DNA from: Octopus bimaculoides
Taxonomy: Eukaryota
Direction: 5' to 3'
Assembly: GCF_001194135.2 (NCBI RefSeq)
Contig: NC_068981.1
Span: forward strand, 172,276,507 to 172,340,506
Length of the DNA: 64,000 nt
The notes beneath the pieces were generated by a model. It had not been told where the DNA came from. It saw only the letters and a program-made list of their open reading frames with translations, and did not search any database. The stretch's first letter is position 1, and the number at the start of each line of letters is the position of its first letter. Of this stretch, positions 49,767 to 64,000 are shown piece by piece. Made by a program: the position numbers and the translations under genes.

Positions 49767-52700
49767 TTGTGTATGAGAAATGAAAAGAAAAATTTATGTA
49801 CATGGTTTATGTGTAATGTTGAGATAGAGAAAATACACAGTTAAATAGGAACTGCACATTAAAAACAAAAAGTACTAAGGGAAACAACTCACACTTGTAT
49901 TGACCAAATTTATGGTTTGGGTCCATTTTGGTTATTTCCTTTAGTTCATATTTCAAATACTAGCTAAAAATTTGTAATTCTTTCATTGTTTTCACATTCA
50001 TGATAACATAAGTTTGACAAAACTTAAGGGAGCATTCTATAGTGAGATTCCCTTCTTGATGCCACTTGCATTCAAATAAGGTACTGTGCTCCATGACTTC
50101 ATGCAACCTGCTGAGCTGATAGACTACCAGCTAAACAGTCTCATCAACACTAGCTAAACAGTGTGAAGACAGATACAAAACATATTCACACACTCATTCA
50201 TGCACACTAACACTTACACATTTGATGGGTCTTGTACAGTTTGTAGCTCCCAAATTTTGTTTGCACACCATTGACCAACCTGAAGCTATAGTAGTAATTG
50301 CTTGCTTAAGGTACAGTGCAGCAAGCTTTGAGTTCAGCCCCACTGCATGGTACCTTAGGCAGAGTAGACTTGTGATGCACAATGTAATCCAGATGGATCA
50401 CCAGCAGTCCACACCAAAGTTTTGGTGGGCTATGGCGAGTTATATATCCTGTTGAGTTACATAAGTAGTTAAAAGGAAATTTATATTTAGTGGTCCATGT
50501 TTTCCTCATGGATTTTGTGGAGCACCTTCAAGAGTTAATGAGATGTTAATGAGATTTAGTAGGCCAAAATATATAGATTGTTGTCTCATGCTTGCAAAGA
50601 TAACACTTTCCCCTTAGTAGTTAAACTATGTTTTAAAGGATTCATTTTTGATTTCCAGAATTTATCTCCCCCTTTTTTTTGTGAGTTGAGTTATAATTAC
50701 CATTAATTTTCTCTCAGAAATTTTGATTAAAATAGCTGCTATGAAGAATGCAGCACGTTTGAGTTTTTTTGAGTATCAATGGCTTAAAGAATTTGCGCTT
50801 CCTTTAACTGTTATGTAGTTTCTAGGAAAATTTACTAATATAGCACAAGTAGAATTCTAAAATTTAGGATACTGATTTTCATTTTGGATACAATGAAGAG
50901 AAAAATTAACAAGAAAAAATGAGAAAATAGTTATTGTTGTTCTTTTATAAATTTTGTTACTTTTCCTCTTAAAATTTATTACATCCTTAGATCTCAACTG
51001 GAAAATTTTTGCAATCAACAAAGTAGAGTTAGTGTGAGTGTTCAGTGGATTAAGAATAATAATATAAAACATGGAAGAATAAAGAGATGTATTTTCAGCA
51101 TGTAAGCAATGGTGATTACAGAAAAAGTGTAAAGAAAATAGAGAAATATTTTTCTCCCTGGAGTACTTTTTTGGATAGGTGCCAAATATGACACCATTGA
51201 CATACATAAATGAATCAGCTCATGAAAAAGCTGCCAATTCAAGATATGGGAGATATGGAGTTGGTTGAAGATTAGTAAAAATGTTAGACATGACAGTAAT
51301 CCAGTCATAATTTGTAGTCTTATGGCTGGTACAAATAAAAATGCTAGAATATTGGACCAAATATTTTGTGGTTTCTTTATTATTATTCCTTTAAATTTTG
51401 AGTTCAGGTTCCACTTGCTTCCACTTTTTTTCTCGTTCTTCCGAAGTCAATAATGTAAATCTTGGCATTGTTAGAATTAACTATACCTTAAAAGATGTTG
51501 TAGAAGGTTTGCTACACTCCAATGTCTTGAAATCAGAAAAGGGAAATTAAGAACCATACAGTCAGGGCATGGCCCCAGAAGATAATTGATTAAAACATAG
51601 TATAGACAGACATGCAGTTAATAGTCTAATCAATGCATCTTACTCATCTCAGAAGTACAGCCATTTAATTTTTTTTTTTAAACAGCAATCATGATACAAC
51701 TACTTAGTTCCTTAGGCTTGGCATTAAAAAGAGCATCCAGCTGTAGAAACCATACCAAAGCAGACACTGAAACACCATGCAATTGTTGGACCTGTCAGAT
51801 CATGGAATTTAAATGATGATAATGGTGTAAATGATATTTAACTTATTCAAATTTGAAGTGATTTTCAATATTTATAAAAATAACTGAGTTACTTAAACTA
51901 ATCATCATTCTTCCCCCTCCCCCTCTCTCACCTTTGTTTCATGTATCCATGCAACCTAAGTTGAAATTGTTTTACAGGCTCTTCTTAATGCCAAACCATG
52001 ACCTTTAAACCAGAAGGTTACTCACATTTAGCTAGATTATTTGAAGAAAGTAGATTAATGTTCCTTACTTAAGACAGCAATGTGAATTTTAATCTTTATA
52101 TATCTGTCTCCATCAGATTATTCAGCACTTCAATCACATGGCAATTTTTATTTGGTTTCATAGCCCTTACACAGTAATGAATTTTCTAATTCAATCACCC
52201 ACCTCAAATACTGAAATTTGATTCATATATGAATGCTGATTGCATTCAACAAATCTTTTTTCTACCATTCACTCCATATGTGAAAGATCTTGTCAATTCA
52301 TATAAAAGTATATGCCATACACCAGATAATAATCCTTTATTTTTAAGTTATTTGTCAACGTTCCCTATTGATATGTGGCATCATTGATACTATCATATTG
52401 TAAAGTTTTTGTGCTGCTTCTACAATAAATGAGTATGTTAATGGATTATGCAGTTGAGTTATAAGTATAATTCTCAGTTGGCTTCTTTTATATTTTGTCA
52501 TTCTTCACAATCCCTTGTGATATTTTTTCAAGCAAGATGTTTTTCTCTATTGTGGCTGCAGAAGTAGAAGATTTCCAATATCATTGTGTTGTATGTAAAA
52601 GGAAATTTAATCACTTTTGCAATTCTATCTGAAAAGAAGGGGCATTCTCTTTATATCTCAGAGATCCCTTTTCAGCCAGAAGGGTTGGAAAATGTGTGAA

Positions 52701-53629
52701 ACTGGTGCTTGAAGAATGTGAATACTATTTTATTGTAAACAAAACACAGGCAAGATAACAGTTCTTTAAAATTAATAGCTTTGTCTTTTGTGTGAAGTTT
52801 AAGCAGAAAAGCTTGGGATAACTGGAAATATGTATGCAATGGGTGGCAAAATCTGAAGATCAGAATAAATTATAATAGCAATAGAAGGTGCAGCTTGCTT
52901 TTGGCCATGGACTGAAAGTTTTTCAATAAAAGAAATTTAACCTCTTTTCAAAGCACACAAAAACATTAGTATACATTAGTATCTAAAATGTGCTTCTCCC
53001 TTGAATTATCAGGTCAACAATGACACCTGATGACAAATATTATGTGCTTGTCAGAGAATTTTCTCAGGAGAATACAAAGGTGGTTCCCTCCCCTTCTCTC
53101 CTCATTGCTTCTTTCAGTTCTTTTTATTACTAGACACTATTTTATAAGCAATAGTTAATTCTGCAGGAGAAGAGAGAGAGAAAGAGCGCGTTATCAATCC
53201 CAGTACTTGATTGGCTCTATTCATTGACCTCAAAATGCAAAGATTACTGTGATGGAATTCATACTCAGAGAGCTACAATAAATACTGCAGGGCATTCTAT
53301 CTGACATTGTAATAACTCAACCAAGTTACTGTTTTCTGTAAATTGTGCCATATAAGAAGTTGTAGCATAATTGATGTTAATTCTTGACAAGTTTTAGAAT
53401 AGGAAATTTGTTAGAGAATTCACAGGCAATGTTGAGTCGCAGCATGTGTAATGATAAGTGATGAAGAAGTTTGTTGATGCAGAGGTGGGAGATGAACTTA
53501 TGCAGTAATAAGATTTGCCTTTTGACCCTGTATGTTTGCAGGTTTTCAGATTTGAAAAGATCTAGTGAAAATGGAATATCAAGTACAAACTATTAAGATG
53601 AATAATATGCAGTATGTTTGAGTGAAAGG

Positions 53630-53631
<2 letters not shown>

Positions 53632-53681
<50 letters not shown>
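53632..53681. repeat. (TC)n microsatellite
   Basis: Direct reading. Confidence 0.98.
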
Positions 53682-53687
<6 letters not shown>

Positions 53688-53699
53688 ACTCTCAGAAGA

Positions 53700-54050
53700 G
53701 GAGGGAATCATTTCAGTTGATGTTTAGTTTGAACCTCTGTAGGTCAATATCTGCAGAAAAAAATTAACAGGAAGACAAATCCTTGAAGGATATAAGCACT
53801 GGTAAAGAATGTTTAGACATAATACTGAGTGCAAGATCCTGGGGTGTTAGTGGAACTCAGTAGGAGTGATAAGCTGAGATTTATTAAGTGATCCTGTGCG
53901 ATGGAGGTATGCATATTGTAGTAATATTCTAGTACAGAGGAAAAGAACAGGCTATTGCCATAGCATTAGAAGATGCAGCAGAAATAATAACGATATTTTT
54001 AGGTGAGTGGTTATAGCATGAGTTAATAGATCTTTGCTAATCTTCCAAAT
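53700..54050 (-). mobile_element. CR1/L2-group LINE 3'-end relic abutting a (GA)n tract
   Basis: Minus strand ends ...DIDLQRFKLNIN-like, similar in character to the relic at 43500-44170. Heavily decayed. Confidence 0.4.
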
Positions 54051-54146
54051 TAGCATTTTTGAGATACAGTTCAAAATGTGGCTCTGTGTGTGAGCAGCAT
54101 CCCAGTAATTACATTCATTTCCATCATGCTAGAAGTATAAATTATT

Positions 54147-54346
54147 CTTTTCTACTCTAGGTACAAAGCCCAAAATTTTGGGGGAGCGTACCTATCGATT
54201 AGATCGACCCCAGTATGCAACTGGTACTTAATTTATTGACCCCCACCCCAACCTTGGCGGAATTTGAACTCAGAACATGAAGACAGACGAAATATTGCTA
54301 AGCATTTTGCCCAGTGTGCTTAACGTTTCTGCCAGCTTGTCGCCTT
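54147..54346 (-). mobile_element. SINE of the 1229 family with 17-bp target-site duplication
   Basis: TAGAAGTATAAATTATT at 54130-54146 and 54347-54363. Internal deletion of the CTTTGCCTTTCATCC segment relative to the 1229 copy. Confidence 0.88.
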
Positions 54347-54824
54347 TAGAAGTATAAATTATTGTAATAGCTATGAGAATGAGCATACTGAATGAGCATC
54401 CATGATGTCCATAAAACCAGGGAAGTTGAAGAGTTTTGTAAGAATGTCTTATTGGCTGGTGAATTTGGTAGTGTTTGGTAGTGTTTTTGGTTATTTCAAA
54501 ATTAATTGAACACACAAACTGTATATTTCTTTAGAAATATGGTTTTGAATGAGTTAAGTGCCACTTCAAAAAAGTGCTTATGAGAATCCAGTATCACTGG
54601 ATAAAATTGTGAAAAGAATTTTAAAAAGATGTTAACAGTAACTATTCTTTTTAAGTATTTCATTAATAAAAATCAGCCTCATTTTACATTTTCATAAATT
54701 GAAAATCCTTTTGGTTTTGGGTTTTTTTTAAAGTATTTTCCTATTTAATTAAGCATTAAAATGTTTAAGATTCATTTCTCTCTTTTACTTTTTATTTCAT
54801 GCTTTTTTAAATTTTATTTTTTAG

Positions 54825-54949
54825 TCTGCGGTGATATTCATGGACAGTTTTATGACTTAATGAAGTTATTTGAAGTTGGAGGACCACCAGCTACAACGCG
54901 TTACCTCTTTTTAGGAGACTATGTTGACAGAGGATATTTTAGCATAGAG
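54825..54949 (+). CDS. PPP3CA: Calcineurin A internal coding exon equivalent to vertebrate exon 3; PPP metallophosphatase motifs
   Basis: Acceptor ATTTTATTTTTTAG ends at 54824 and donor GAG|GTATGT starts at 54950. Joined in frame to the 15594 exon it reads (V)[41 protein letters not shown], containing GDxHG and GDxVDRG. Confidence 0.97.
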
Positions 54950-55198
54950 GTATGTCTCACCTTATTTTTATTGTGTAATCAAATTAATCAATAACATACA
55001 ACTTTTTGTTTTACTTACATAATTTTAGTAAATGTATTCTCAACAGAATGCCAACTTGTTTTACTTAATGCCAGTTGTTCAACTATTTATTTTGCAGCAG
55101 TTTTTTTTTAATATCTATTTTATAAAATAAGAAAATTTATAGTATTTTGTGAAGTATGTCTGCATTTAAAAAATGATTTTTTTCATATGAAATGTTTA

Positions 55199-56050
55199 CC
55201 ATCATCATTTTACAACCAATTTTCTTGCTCACTTGGATTAGACAGGTTGTCATGACTCTAATCGGTTCTTATTTGAAGTTACTGCACTTCTAGATAGGTT
55301 GAAGACTATGCCTTGCTCATAAGTTCCATTTTGGCATGGTCTCTACAACTGGATGCTCTTCTTAACACCAGTCACTCTACAGAGGGCATTGGATGAATGT
55401 TATAACAACATCACTAGAGAGGTTGTCTTGTCCTTGCAATATTAAAGACACCTCTCAACTGTACATTGTTGCAATTTATTTGCCAACAATTTGCACCAGT
55501 ACTACTGAGGTTACTTTGTACTGTGCAAGACTAAAATATCCTCACTACTCTATGTTATCTCTGTTTGTTCATGGCAATTAACTAAGAGTGTGCTGAGAGA
55601 AAAGGAACTAGAGTAAGACAATGAAAGAGGAAAGAGTATAATATGAGAAGCAGTGTTTGGAGCAAGGTGGTAAAGGAGGAAGTAATAAAAGAGAGAGATG
55701 GTGATGACAGCTATATGATTCTTGCTAAGAGAGAGAGAGAGAGAGAGACAGAGACGATTGTTGGATAATAATAGCGATGAGCAATGGCAAAAGAGAGTGA
55801 TGGTTAGCAGTACATAAGGGTGATGTAGGGTGTATGGATAGATCTGATGCAATCCCTTATTACACAGGTGTCATGATGGGAGAGTAGTCATAAAGATGGC
55901 TGGAGAGAGGGAATTGAATAAGGATAGGTCCAATGCCATCCTTTATTCTACAGACTATATATTACAGTGAATAGAAGGGAGGTTGAGTGTTATATTAAAG
56001 ATTATCAAAGAGAAAGGTAGTACATAGCGACTTAACAGGAATATAATGGG
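55199..56050 (-). mobile_element. Old retroposon 3' end (RTE-type tail + purine-rich spacer on the + strand)
   Basis: CATCATCATTTTACAACC...TTTGGCATGGTCTCTACAACTGGATGCTCTTCTTAACACCAGTCACTC followed by a GA-rich tract; the mirror image of 24990-26080. Confidence 0.5.
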
Positions 56051-56089
56051 TGAAAGAGCTAAATGTAAATATATTAGACTTCCTGTCTT

Positions 56090-56250
56090 TCACCTCTTTG
56101 CATTCTGAGGTCAAATCTCACTGGGGTCAACTTTGCCTTTCATCCCTCTGGGGTAAATAAATACTTGTCAGATATTAGGTCAGTGGTATCAGCTAACCCT
56201 ATTCCTTTCAAATTTGTTGGCCTAGTGCCTAAATCAGAAATGATTATTGT
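56090..56250 (+). mobile_element. Old SINE of the 1229 family
   Basis: TTCTGAGGTCAAATCTC...GGTCAACTTTGCCTTTCATCCC...AAATTTGTTGGCCTAGTGCCTAAATCAGAAATG. Confidence 0.6.
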
Positions 56251-56479
56251 CATCATTATTATCATCATCGTCATAGTTAGATATATTAAACACTGAACAA
56301 ATTTTGGAACTAAACACCTATATTAAAAACAGAAAATGGAATCAATAGATGAGATTTGGCTACAGTAAAGCTGAAGTCCAGTTCTCTCTTGTTTTGATGA
56401 AAACATGTTATAGAGTAAAGTGATGAAAATTACAGGAGGCCCCACAATACGCATGAATTATTAATTTCTATACATTTGT

Positions 56480-56865
56480 ATTGTTGCAGTTAGCACTATA
56501 CCATTTAATGTCAGCTTTAGGCAAACATATACTTATTGTTTGTACATGGATTTGTATTCATATACATTTATACTTCAGTGTATGCATAGAACCATACATA
56601 TATGCATACATACTAACATACATATATGGACACAAACACATTCTAGTATGCCCACATACTATCATTTCTGTGCATTTATATCAAGAACTCATACACGAAT
56701 TCATACTAACATGGAAACTATTCACATGTATACACCTAGTCACATTCATTTTTATGCATGCATGCCCTTAAGTATGAATACAAGCAGTTATACATACTAA
56801 AACATACACACATGCATACACGCACTTCAATCTAGGCATGTTCATGATCTGAATGTGTGTGTGTG

Positions 56866-56899
<34 letters not shown>

Positions 56900-57008
56900 A
56901 TACACACACACACATACACAGATATATGTATATTTAAATAAGCATTCTGTTTGCATACAACTCCTCTCTAACCACGCAGATGAAGGGTTCTGCTACTTAC
57001 ATGTACAT

Positions 57009-57048
<40 letters not shown>

Positions 57049-57050
57049 TT
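56480..57050. repeat. Degenerate CATA/CA-rich low-complexity tract with (TC)n and (CA)n
   Basis: Direct reading. Confidence 0.85.
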
Positions 57051-59013
57051 CTGAAGCAATAAACAAACAGTAATCCAGTTCTTTTATTGTCCTTATGGGA
57101 AGCAGCCAGTAGGTGTGTAATCTGATATATAAAAGCTGTTGAAAGTTAGAGTAATAGTTTTTAAGTAAAGGAATACTAGCTATATATTTAAGGTACTATG
57201 AAGGATTCTTATTTTGGTAAAAGTGTCAGAGACACCCTACTATCAAGCCCTACTATTCCATATATTACATATGGGTACGAATGAGTGTGTGTGTGCTGAT
57301 AGATAGATAGTCTTTTAATTACTACCACTGTTAAAAAACATTTTGTGTAGGTGTTTTGGCATGAAACCTCAAATTTATAGGCAAGAGAAATTTGGTATGT
57401 GTGACATCTATACTTTTCCTGGTGGCTTTAGTGATGCAAGAAATTCTGTTGCATGTATTTGGTGCAGTTAGTCTAGCTCATTCTTTGCTCACACTTTTTT
57501 TTTTTCAGCAGATATTGATTTGCTAAAATTCGTCGTATCAGCCTCACCTATCTAGGAAAGCATGCAGTAGTGATGATCACTGTCCCTCTTTTGCTGACTA
57601 AGAAAAAAAAAATTAAATATACCCAGTTTTACTTCACTATTACATCCACTGTTTGTGTATATATGAGAAAAATATTAAGCTAGTAGAGTATCAGATAGGA
57701 TACAATACTTGTATTCTGATTTCAGATGCCACCAATCAGTAAGATAAGTAGTACTAGTCTTGTATAAGTACTTGTTTCTTGTAAATTTGTTATGAAAGAG
57801 CTGGCAGCTAGTTTATCTAAAACTTTATCAACCACAGTTGATACTTGAATGTATTTTATTATTAATCACACCTGATTTTGTTGACATTTTCAAGTTTTAA
57901 GTTCTTTCACCTTGAGATATATGATAGATGATACATCATTACCAATTTTTATCTATTTTATTCCCAAATCATATTTTGAAGTGCTTTCTTTTGACTTTGT
58001 AGATAAGGTGCCAAAGTTCTGACTGATGGATAGCATACTGAACTCTTAATTTTATTATCTTAACGTTTAATTTCAGTAGTTTTTCAATCAGGTTGTTGCA
58101 AAACACTTGAATCACAAATTATAGTACTGCAAGATATTCCTCAGACAATTATATGGTTTAAATTTTTAAAGGTATTTTGCTATTACCATAATTATCTGTT
58201 ATCTCTAAAGTCGTTTAATGATTTTACTGACTTTTTTTAAGTGTTGAAAATCACTGCATTATTGGAAATTGGATAGATATATCTAACCTGAATATCTAAA
58301 CCTGAATATCTAAGTTCTGTGTTGGCTATTGTTGTGCACTATCAAGTAAGGCACATTATTTACCTCAGTTAACGTAGCTATAAAAAACAAGCAGCCATTT
58401 CCACTTTAGACTGAGTCATTAAATCACTTGTCATGATGCTTCTAATCATTATAGCAGGTCCTCTCTTAATGTTTGATTATTTATTGAGAAGTGTGACTTT
58501 AAGTGCTATGGCATAAAGCAAAACCACTTTTATTATTCATACTTATTTTATGATTTAAGTATTGTCATACCTTAAAGGAGATATACATCTCCACAAAATA
58601 GATAGTAGACATGGTGTATCTAAGTGTCAACTGTGAAATAAAAGAAGTTAGATGATTGTTATCATTATTCATCATTGTTTATATGCTTGTAATTGTTTAT
58701 ATACTTTTAAAATGATCCAAAGATCGTTCTATTACATAATTGCTTATTAAGCCATGGTCTACAAAAGTGGAGAATCCAGAATCCAGGTCACCTCTAATCA
58801 TAAGCTTGCCTGTAGCACTTGCTGAATGCTTTCATGCTACATTGTTTATTGTGGTGTATTTATAGGATTATCATACAATTTACAATTTTTTGTTTTAGTG
58901 TTTAGTTTTATTTTATTTCTCATCAACATTATGATGATGATGTCTTAACAAAACATTACATGAAAACCTACTGTATTTATATTTGGTTACCTTTCTGTCA
59001 TACTGGTTTGAAA

Positions 59014-59054
<41 letters not shown>

Positions 59055-61249
59055 GTATATATATATATGTATATATGTAAACATTAAAAGCAAAACTTAT
59101 GTGTGCATGTGTTTGTGTGTGTATTCTCACTTAAAAAGTGTTTTAAAATTTTTACAATAAATATTTTAATTAAGATATACGTTTATGTAACCTTTAAAAC
59201 TATTAAATTGGTATATAAGAAACTTGATAATTGTTTGTAAACCTGTCTTGATTAGTTGTTAGACATTGTGACTTGTAGCATAATCTTGTTCTATAATAAC
59301 TGCCATTTCATGTTATTTGAACATTCATTATGCCTAGAGGAATGCATTATATCGTTATATCTCATTTTCATTAGTAGTCTTTTTTGCCTTTACTCTGAGT
59401 TCTGACTGCAATTAAGTGAAGTCAAAGAAGGGTTAAATTTATTTTATCATTGTTGTTTAACCCTAGGTCATTCCTGATTAAATCAAGAGCATTCCAGATT
59501 TAGGTATCATGTCTTTCTTGGTGAAGGGGATAAGGCATATGGGACTAGATTAGCTAAAGTTCCTTTTTTTGTAAGACAAGATTGTTATGATCTCATGAAA
59601 ATTTGGCTGCTGTTTCTCACTGGTTGAGCAACCATGTAGAGGTTTCCTGATGCTGTTGCCAAGAATGTAGCACAGGTGAACCCAAAGACAGTCTTTGATG
59701 ACATGATAACATTAATGATAATAAAATTCTCTTCAAGCAGTTATCAATGGCCACATTCTCCCTGGAGCTTTCAAATCTGAGCCAATTCATGTTGAAGCCA
59801 TTCTACCACATAAACTTGAGTTGTAACATTGAACTTTTATTGGGGAAACCACAACAACACAATAAAATGTCATTACATGGCCATGTCATTATAGGTATGA
59901 GTATGTGAAGGAAAGAAATTAGATAATGAAAGCTATGGGAAAGCATGTCTAATTAATATACTAATTGATTAATATAAAGAGGCAAATGGATATCTTCTTC
60001 AGTAGAGTGATTAAAATCATGCCATGATGTGAGAAAAGCAATAGAAACTAAGGTATCAGACTATTGACACACTCATTTGAGCCATAGTGTTAGTTTTCTA
60101 ATTTCTTTCATCAAGTAGGTTTGATAAGAAGTGCCATACCTAGCGGAAGAGCATATAGTGCATTTTAAAGTCACTCATACCCTCATTCACTCATTGCTCA
60201 TTTGATAAAAAGATAACATTCATGAGCTAAAAATAATGTTTCTCCTTTGTATAAAAATCAAATGTTCCTTCCTAGAATAAAGCTTCTTGAAATTTAAAGC
60301 TAGGCTCAACAAATTTCATATTGTCATTTTAAAATTTCTACTCAAAATTACATTTAAAAAAAAAAAGATATTGTGTGTGTGAATTAACATAAATTAACAA
60401 CCTGTAACAACCTGCAGCTGTTATTTGACTACAATATAAAAATTCAACAGTAACACTGGATTTAATTTGGCACACCTTCAAAGATAATATATGTTGTTTT
60501 TGCCTCCTCAGCACTTCGTAGTTCTCAGTTTTGTGATAGCTTTAATCTCATTTGTTAGTGTAGTGATCTGAATTTTTTTTAATAAACTTACTGAATGTAT
60601 AGTATACTAAAAGGCTTTCATTGAATATTTATTTGATTTTAATTATTTGCTTTTAGCGGTGCTCCAGCATGATCACAGCTTTGAAGCTGAAACGATTTAA
60701 AGATATAAAGATTTAACTGGAACTAATCAAATGATAACATACTTACTGGTAATAAAGTTAAAAATTGAAGAATATAAACTTTTGATTACTGTTTCAGTAA
60801 TCATATTTGTGTTGAACAAAATTATGATTATACATTTCTTGAGATATTCAGGCTTTAGTATGGATTTTCTAAAGCCTTGAATTATAGTTTTAAAAATTCA
60901 TGGCATGCAACACACCTTTTCAGAACCACTAAATTAAAGTGATAGTTTATTGACCACATGACCTTGTTACAGTTATTCAATTATGGCCATTAACAATACA
61001 TATATCTTTTCTTACTTCAATTTGTCTCTAGACAACACATTCAACTCTAGCTTCTCAGTTAAGTGAATAGCAGTATGATCACTATCCAGTTGTAAAAACA
61101 ATTCTCATACATTCAAATTTGTGAGAAATATGTCAACCATTGTTGCAGTGAAAAAGAGGATGATACAGCTCAGGAAATACATCTGATCTTCTTCGCTATA
61201 CTGTAGTCCTTAAAAACAAATTCGTACCTGGAGCTTAGTAGCCAAAATC

Positions 61250-61600
61250 TTTAATCAGACAAACTCTCAGTATTTCATGGAAACAAAGCTTACTTGCATA
61301 CTTGGTGACTTGCAGGATGAAAAAGCTTTGTTTTGTGATCTGTGAACTGGATGCATTGCAGCTTCTTAAAGAACTTATATTTATACGCCTCAATTTTTCA
61401 CGTTTGTAAGCTTACAAGTTGAGGTTTGTAGGAAAACTTATGGAACTGCTTTTCCATATGATGCTCAGTTTTATCAAGGCAGATAAGACCAGGCTGAGTC
61501 TTACTTCTATCTCTTTTATTGAGCTGCCATCTTTGTTTCAAATTGACCTGAAATATTAAGATTGTCTGCTTCTTCAAGTCTTTGTCCATTTTGCATAATG
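61250..61600 (-). mobile_element. RTE-clade LINE RT C-terminal relic
   Basis: KDGSSIKEIEVRLSLVLSALIKLSIIWKSSSISFPTNLNL* matches the RTE DG....EI..RL..A...F.KL..IW region. Confidence 0.7.
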
Positions 61601-62981
61601 TTGGTTGCTAAGTCCTGGTTGTGGCTGTTGGTCAGAACTTGGCTCTTTTCTGAACTGGTCTCTATTCAATATACTCCTTATACTTTTTCCAGTGTTTAGT
61701 GGTGATTTCCTAGTATTCCGCTTCACTACCTCTCATTAAGTCAATGCCAAAGGGCATTTTGAGATGTGATAGTCCTTGATGGGAGAATTCATCATCATAG
61801 TGTTTATAACTTATTGTTGTTCTAACTCGGCTCTGTAGAATTGTGTAACATTTTAAGATGTTACAGATATCTGCTAAATTATCTATCTAATTGTTCCATA
61901 TTAGTCTTTGTATCTTCTCCCAGTCAAACAGTTATGTAAAATAAATAATTTATCATTTCAGTGTACAGAGGAAGTTGTATAATTACTTAAAAATAGTATC
62001 ATAGCTGTTTACTCTAGTTTGGTTAATTACTTAGTAATGAACTTGGTTAAATAGTAGGAAATGCCATTTCAGTATTACCTTTCTATTTGTCTCTCATCTT
62101 TCAAAAGCTAATTTAAGGTGGCTACTGTATACTGTATATGTTTGGGTTAAAAAGTAACATATTGTCTTTAATCCCTAATTTAATGTGTGTGTGTCTGTAT
62201 GTATGCATGTATGATTGAATGACTGATTATCTACTAATTTATTACTTTTCATCACCACATTTTTTTTGTAGATAGAACTGTGTTGTTCTATAAGAAACTT
62301 AACCAAGATAGAGAAATTTTAAGTTAACCTAATCTCAGAAATTCTTTGTTCTGCCAACCTATTGATATGTTGCTTTTTTTTTATGAGTGCATACAACATT
62401 AAATTTCTTAACTAAAGATACAATGCTTTTAGCTGGTTATGAGGCTAGGAACCAAGAATGTTATACTTTCTCTATTCAGCTATTATACTTGTGGGTATAT
62501 ATTATTTCATGCATATCATAAATATATGTGTATTTCATATGACTTTCTTTTCACTTGAAGCAATTCATCTGTTCATAGATGTATGTTTTAAGTTATGTCT
62601 CTTTAATTTCTGATATATGAATGTAAATTCTTACATCTCAGTTGAGGTATTCAAGAGACTTACCTGAACATCATTTATACATAGTTTAACTCTTTCAATG
62701 AATGACAAGCATCTAACCAACTAAAATTCATAGGAGAAATTGTAGCTTCTTTTGTCAATAAATGTTTTCTTTTTTAACACACATTATTATATCAATATGA
62801 TAATTTTTTAATTACAGTTTAATATTATAATCTACTTTGTATTCACTAAAGTGTTCTATATTATATCATATATTGCAACTTCCAAAGATTTTAAAATGGT
62901 GAAGCCAATAGCAAAATTGTACTGTTCTGTTTACTTTCAGTCTCTCCTAAACTACAAAAATTATCTAATTTTTTCTCCAGT

Positions 62982-63104
<123 letters not shown>

Positions 63105-63593
63105 CCTCCCTCAAAAATAAGAAGTTCAACTTTGCTAATTTAGCAAAGTTGAACTGTATTGTTAACTAGTCATTGCCTTAATTCTATTAACCCCTCTACT
63201 TAGACCAATGCTCATTTTATCTATCTGTTTATTAAATCGATAAGTTGACCTCGTTTTAAATTTATCTCCTTTTAGTGACATATCTTCAAAGAAATAACAG
63301 GTTAGCAATTACTGAATCCAGCATTTTGCTATTTCACAGTAGTCTAAACTAGTATGAGTTCTGCTACAGCTTCAACAAATCAAGAAAACAACTGTAGAAA
63401 TGTCAAGTGATGTAATGAACTGAGCTGCTAAACTAAGAAAGTACTTCTGTAAACTAAACATAGTAAATGCTATATACATCAAGAAAGTATGTGAAGTTAA
63501 TTTGGGGTGGGGGGTTGTTTAGATCAGTCTTTGCATAGTAATCTATCCAAGAAAGATATTTCAAACTTTTCTGGTTTAATCATATGCATTGAA

Positions 63594-63840
63594 ATCATCA
63601 TCATACATTCACTTTTCATACTTGCATAGGTTGGACAAAATTTGTTGAGGCAGATTTTCCACAGCCAGATGCCATTCTTGTTGCCAACCCTCACCTGTTT
63701 CCAAGCAAGCTATTATTTCCCCATGGCCAACATGTTTCACAGAAGACTCGAAATGAAAGACACTGCTTCCATGATGGTGACATTCATTTACAACTGTCAT
63801 GTGATGTCAAGGCAAGGAAACAATAACACACACACATACT
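63594..63840 (-). mobile_element. SINE-like retroposon with RTE-type tail (distinct body)
   Basis: ATCATCATCATACATTCACTTTTCATACTTGCATAGGTTGGAC...AGATGCCATTCTTGTTGCCAACCC tail homology. Confidence 0.6.
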
Positions 63841-64000
63841 CACTCACTCCACTCACAAGGTTTTAGTCTGCTCAGGGATAGAGTAGAGGATATTTGCCCA
63901 AGGTGCCATGCAGTGGGACTAAACCTGGAGAAAATTGAAAGTTATGAAGTAAAAGATTTTGGCTACAGTTTGAGAAGCAATAGGTCACATGCTTATTTGC

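Noticed and set aside
59440-59900. Possible additional + strand RTE relic
   Set aside because: Only one weak motif (..HGHV..) could be read, which is not enough to call.

Overview
AT-rich eukaryotic (animal) genomic DNA, not prokaryotic. The repeat families look like those I recall from octopus genomes, but the species is an inference. The window lies inside one + strand gene for the calcineurin A (PP2B/PPP3C) catalytic subunit. Two coding exons are clear: 15394-15594 (201 bp) and 54825-54949 (125 bp), separated by a 39,230-bp GT-AG intron. I could not find the first exon or any downstream exon in the window. The rest is intron filled with mobile DNA: two dead mariner copies, piggyBac-, hAT- and pogo/Tc2-type MITEs, a tandem Helitron with a PIF1-helicase remnant, several RTE and CR1/L2-type LINE relics, a Penelope-like RT/GIY-YIG relic, several SINE families, many microsatellites and six N gaps. 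The most unusual object is a ~280-bp element at 29382-29665 that joins a tRNA-like Pol III head to a minimal hammerhead-ribozyme-like core, with a back-to-back inverted partial copy (Penelope-style). Next are an RTE LINE relic carrying a PHD-finger-like motif in its ORF and the head-to-tail Helitron. All alignments were done by eye and no database search was run.
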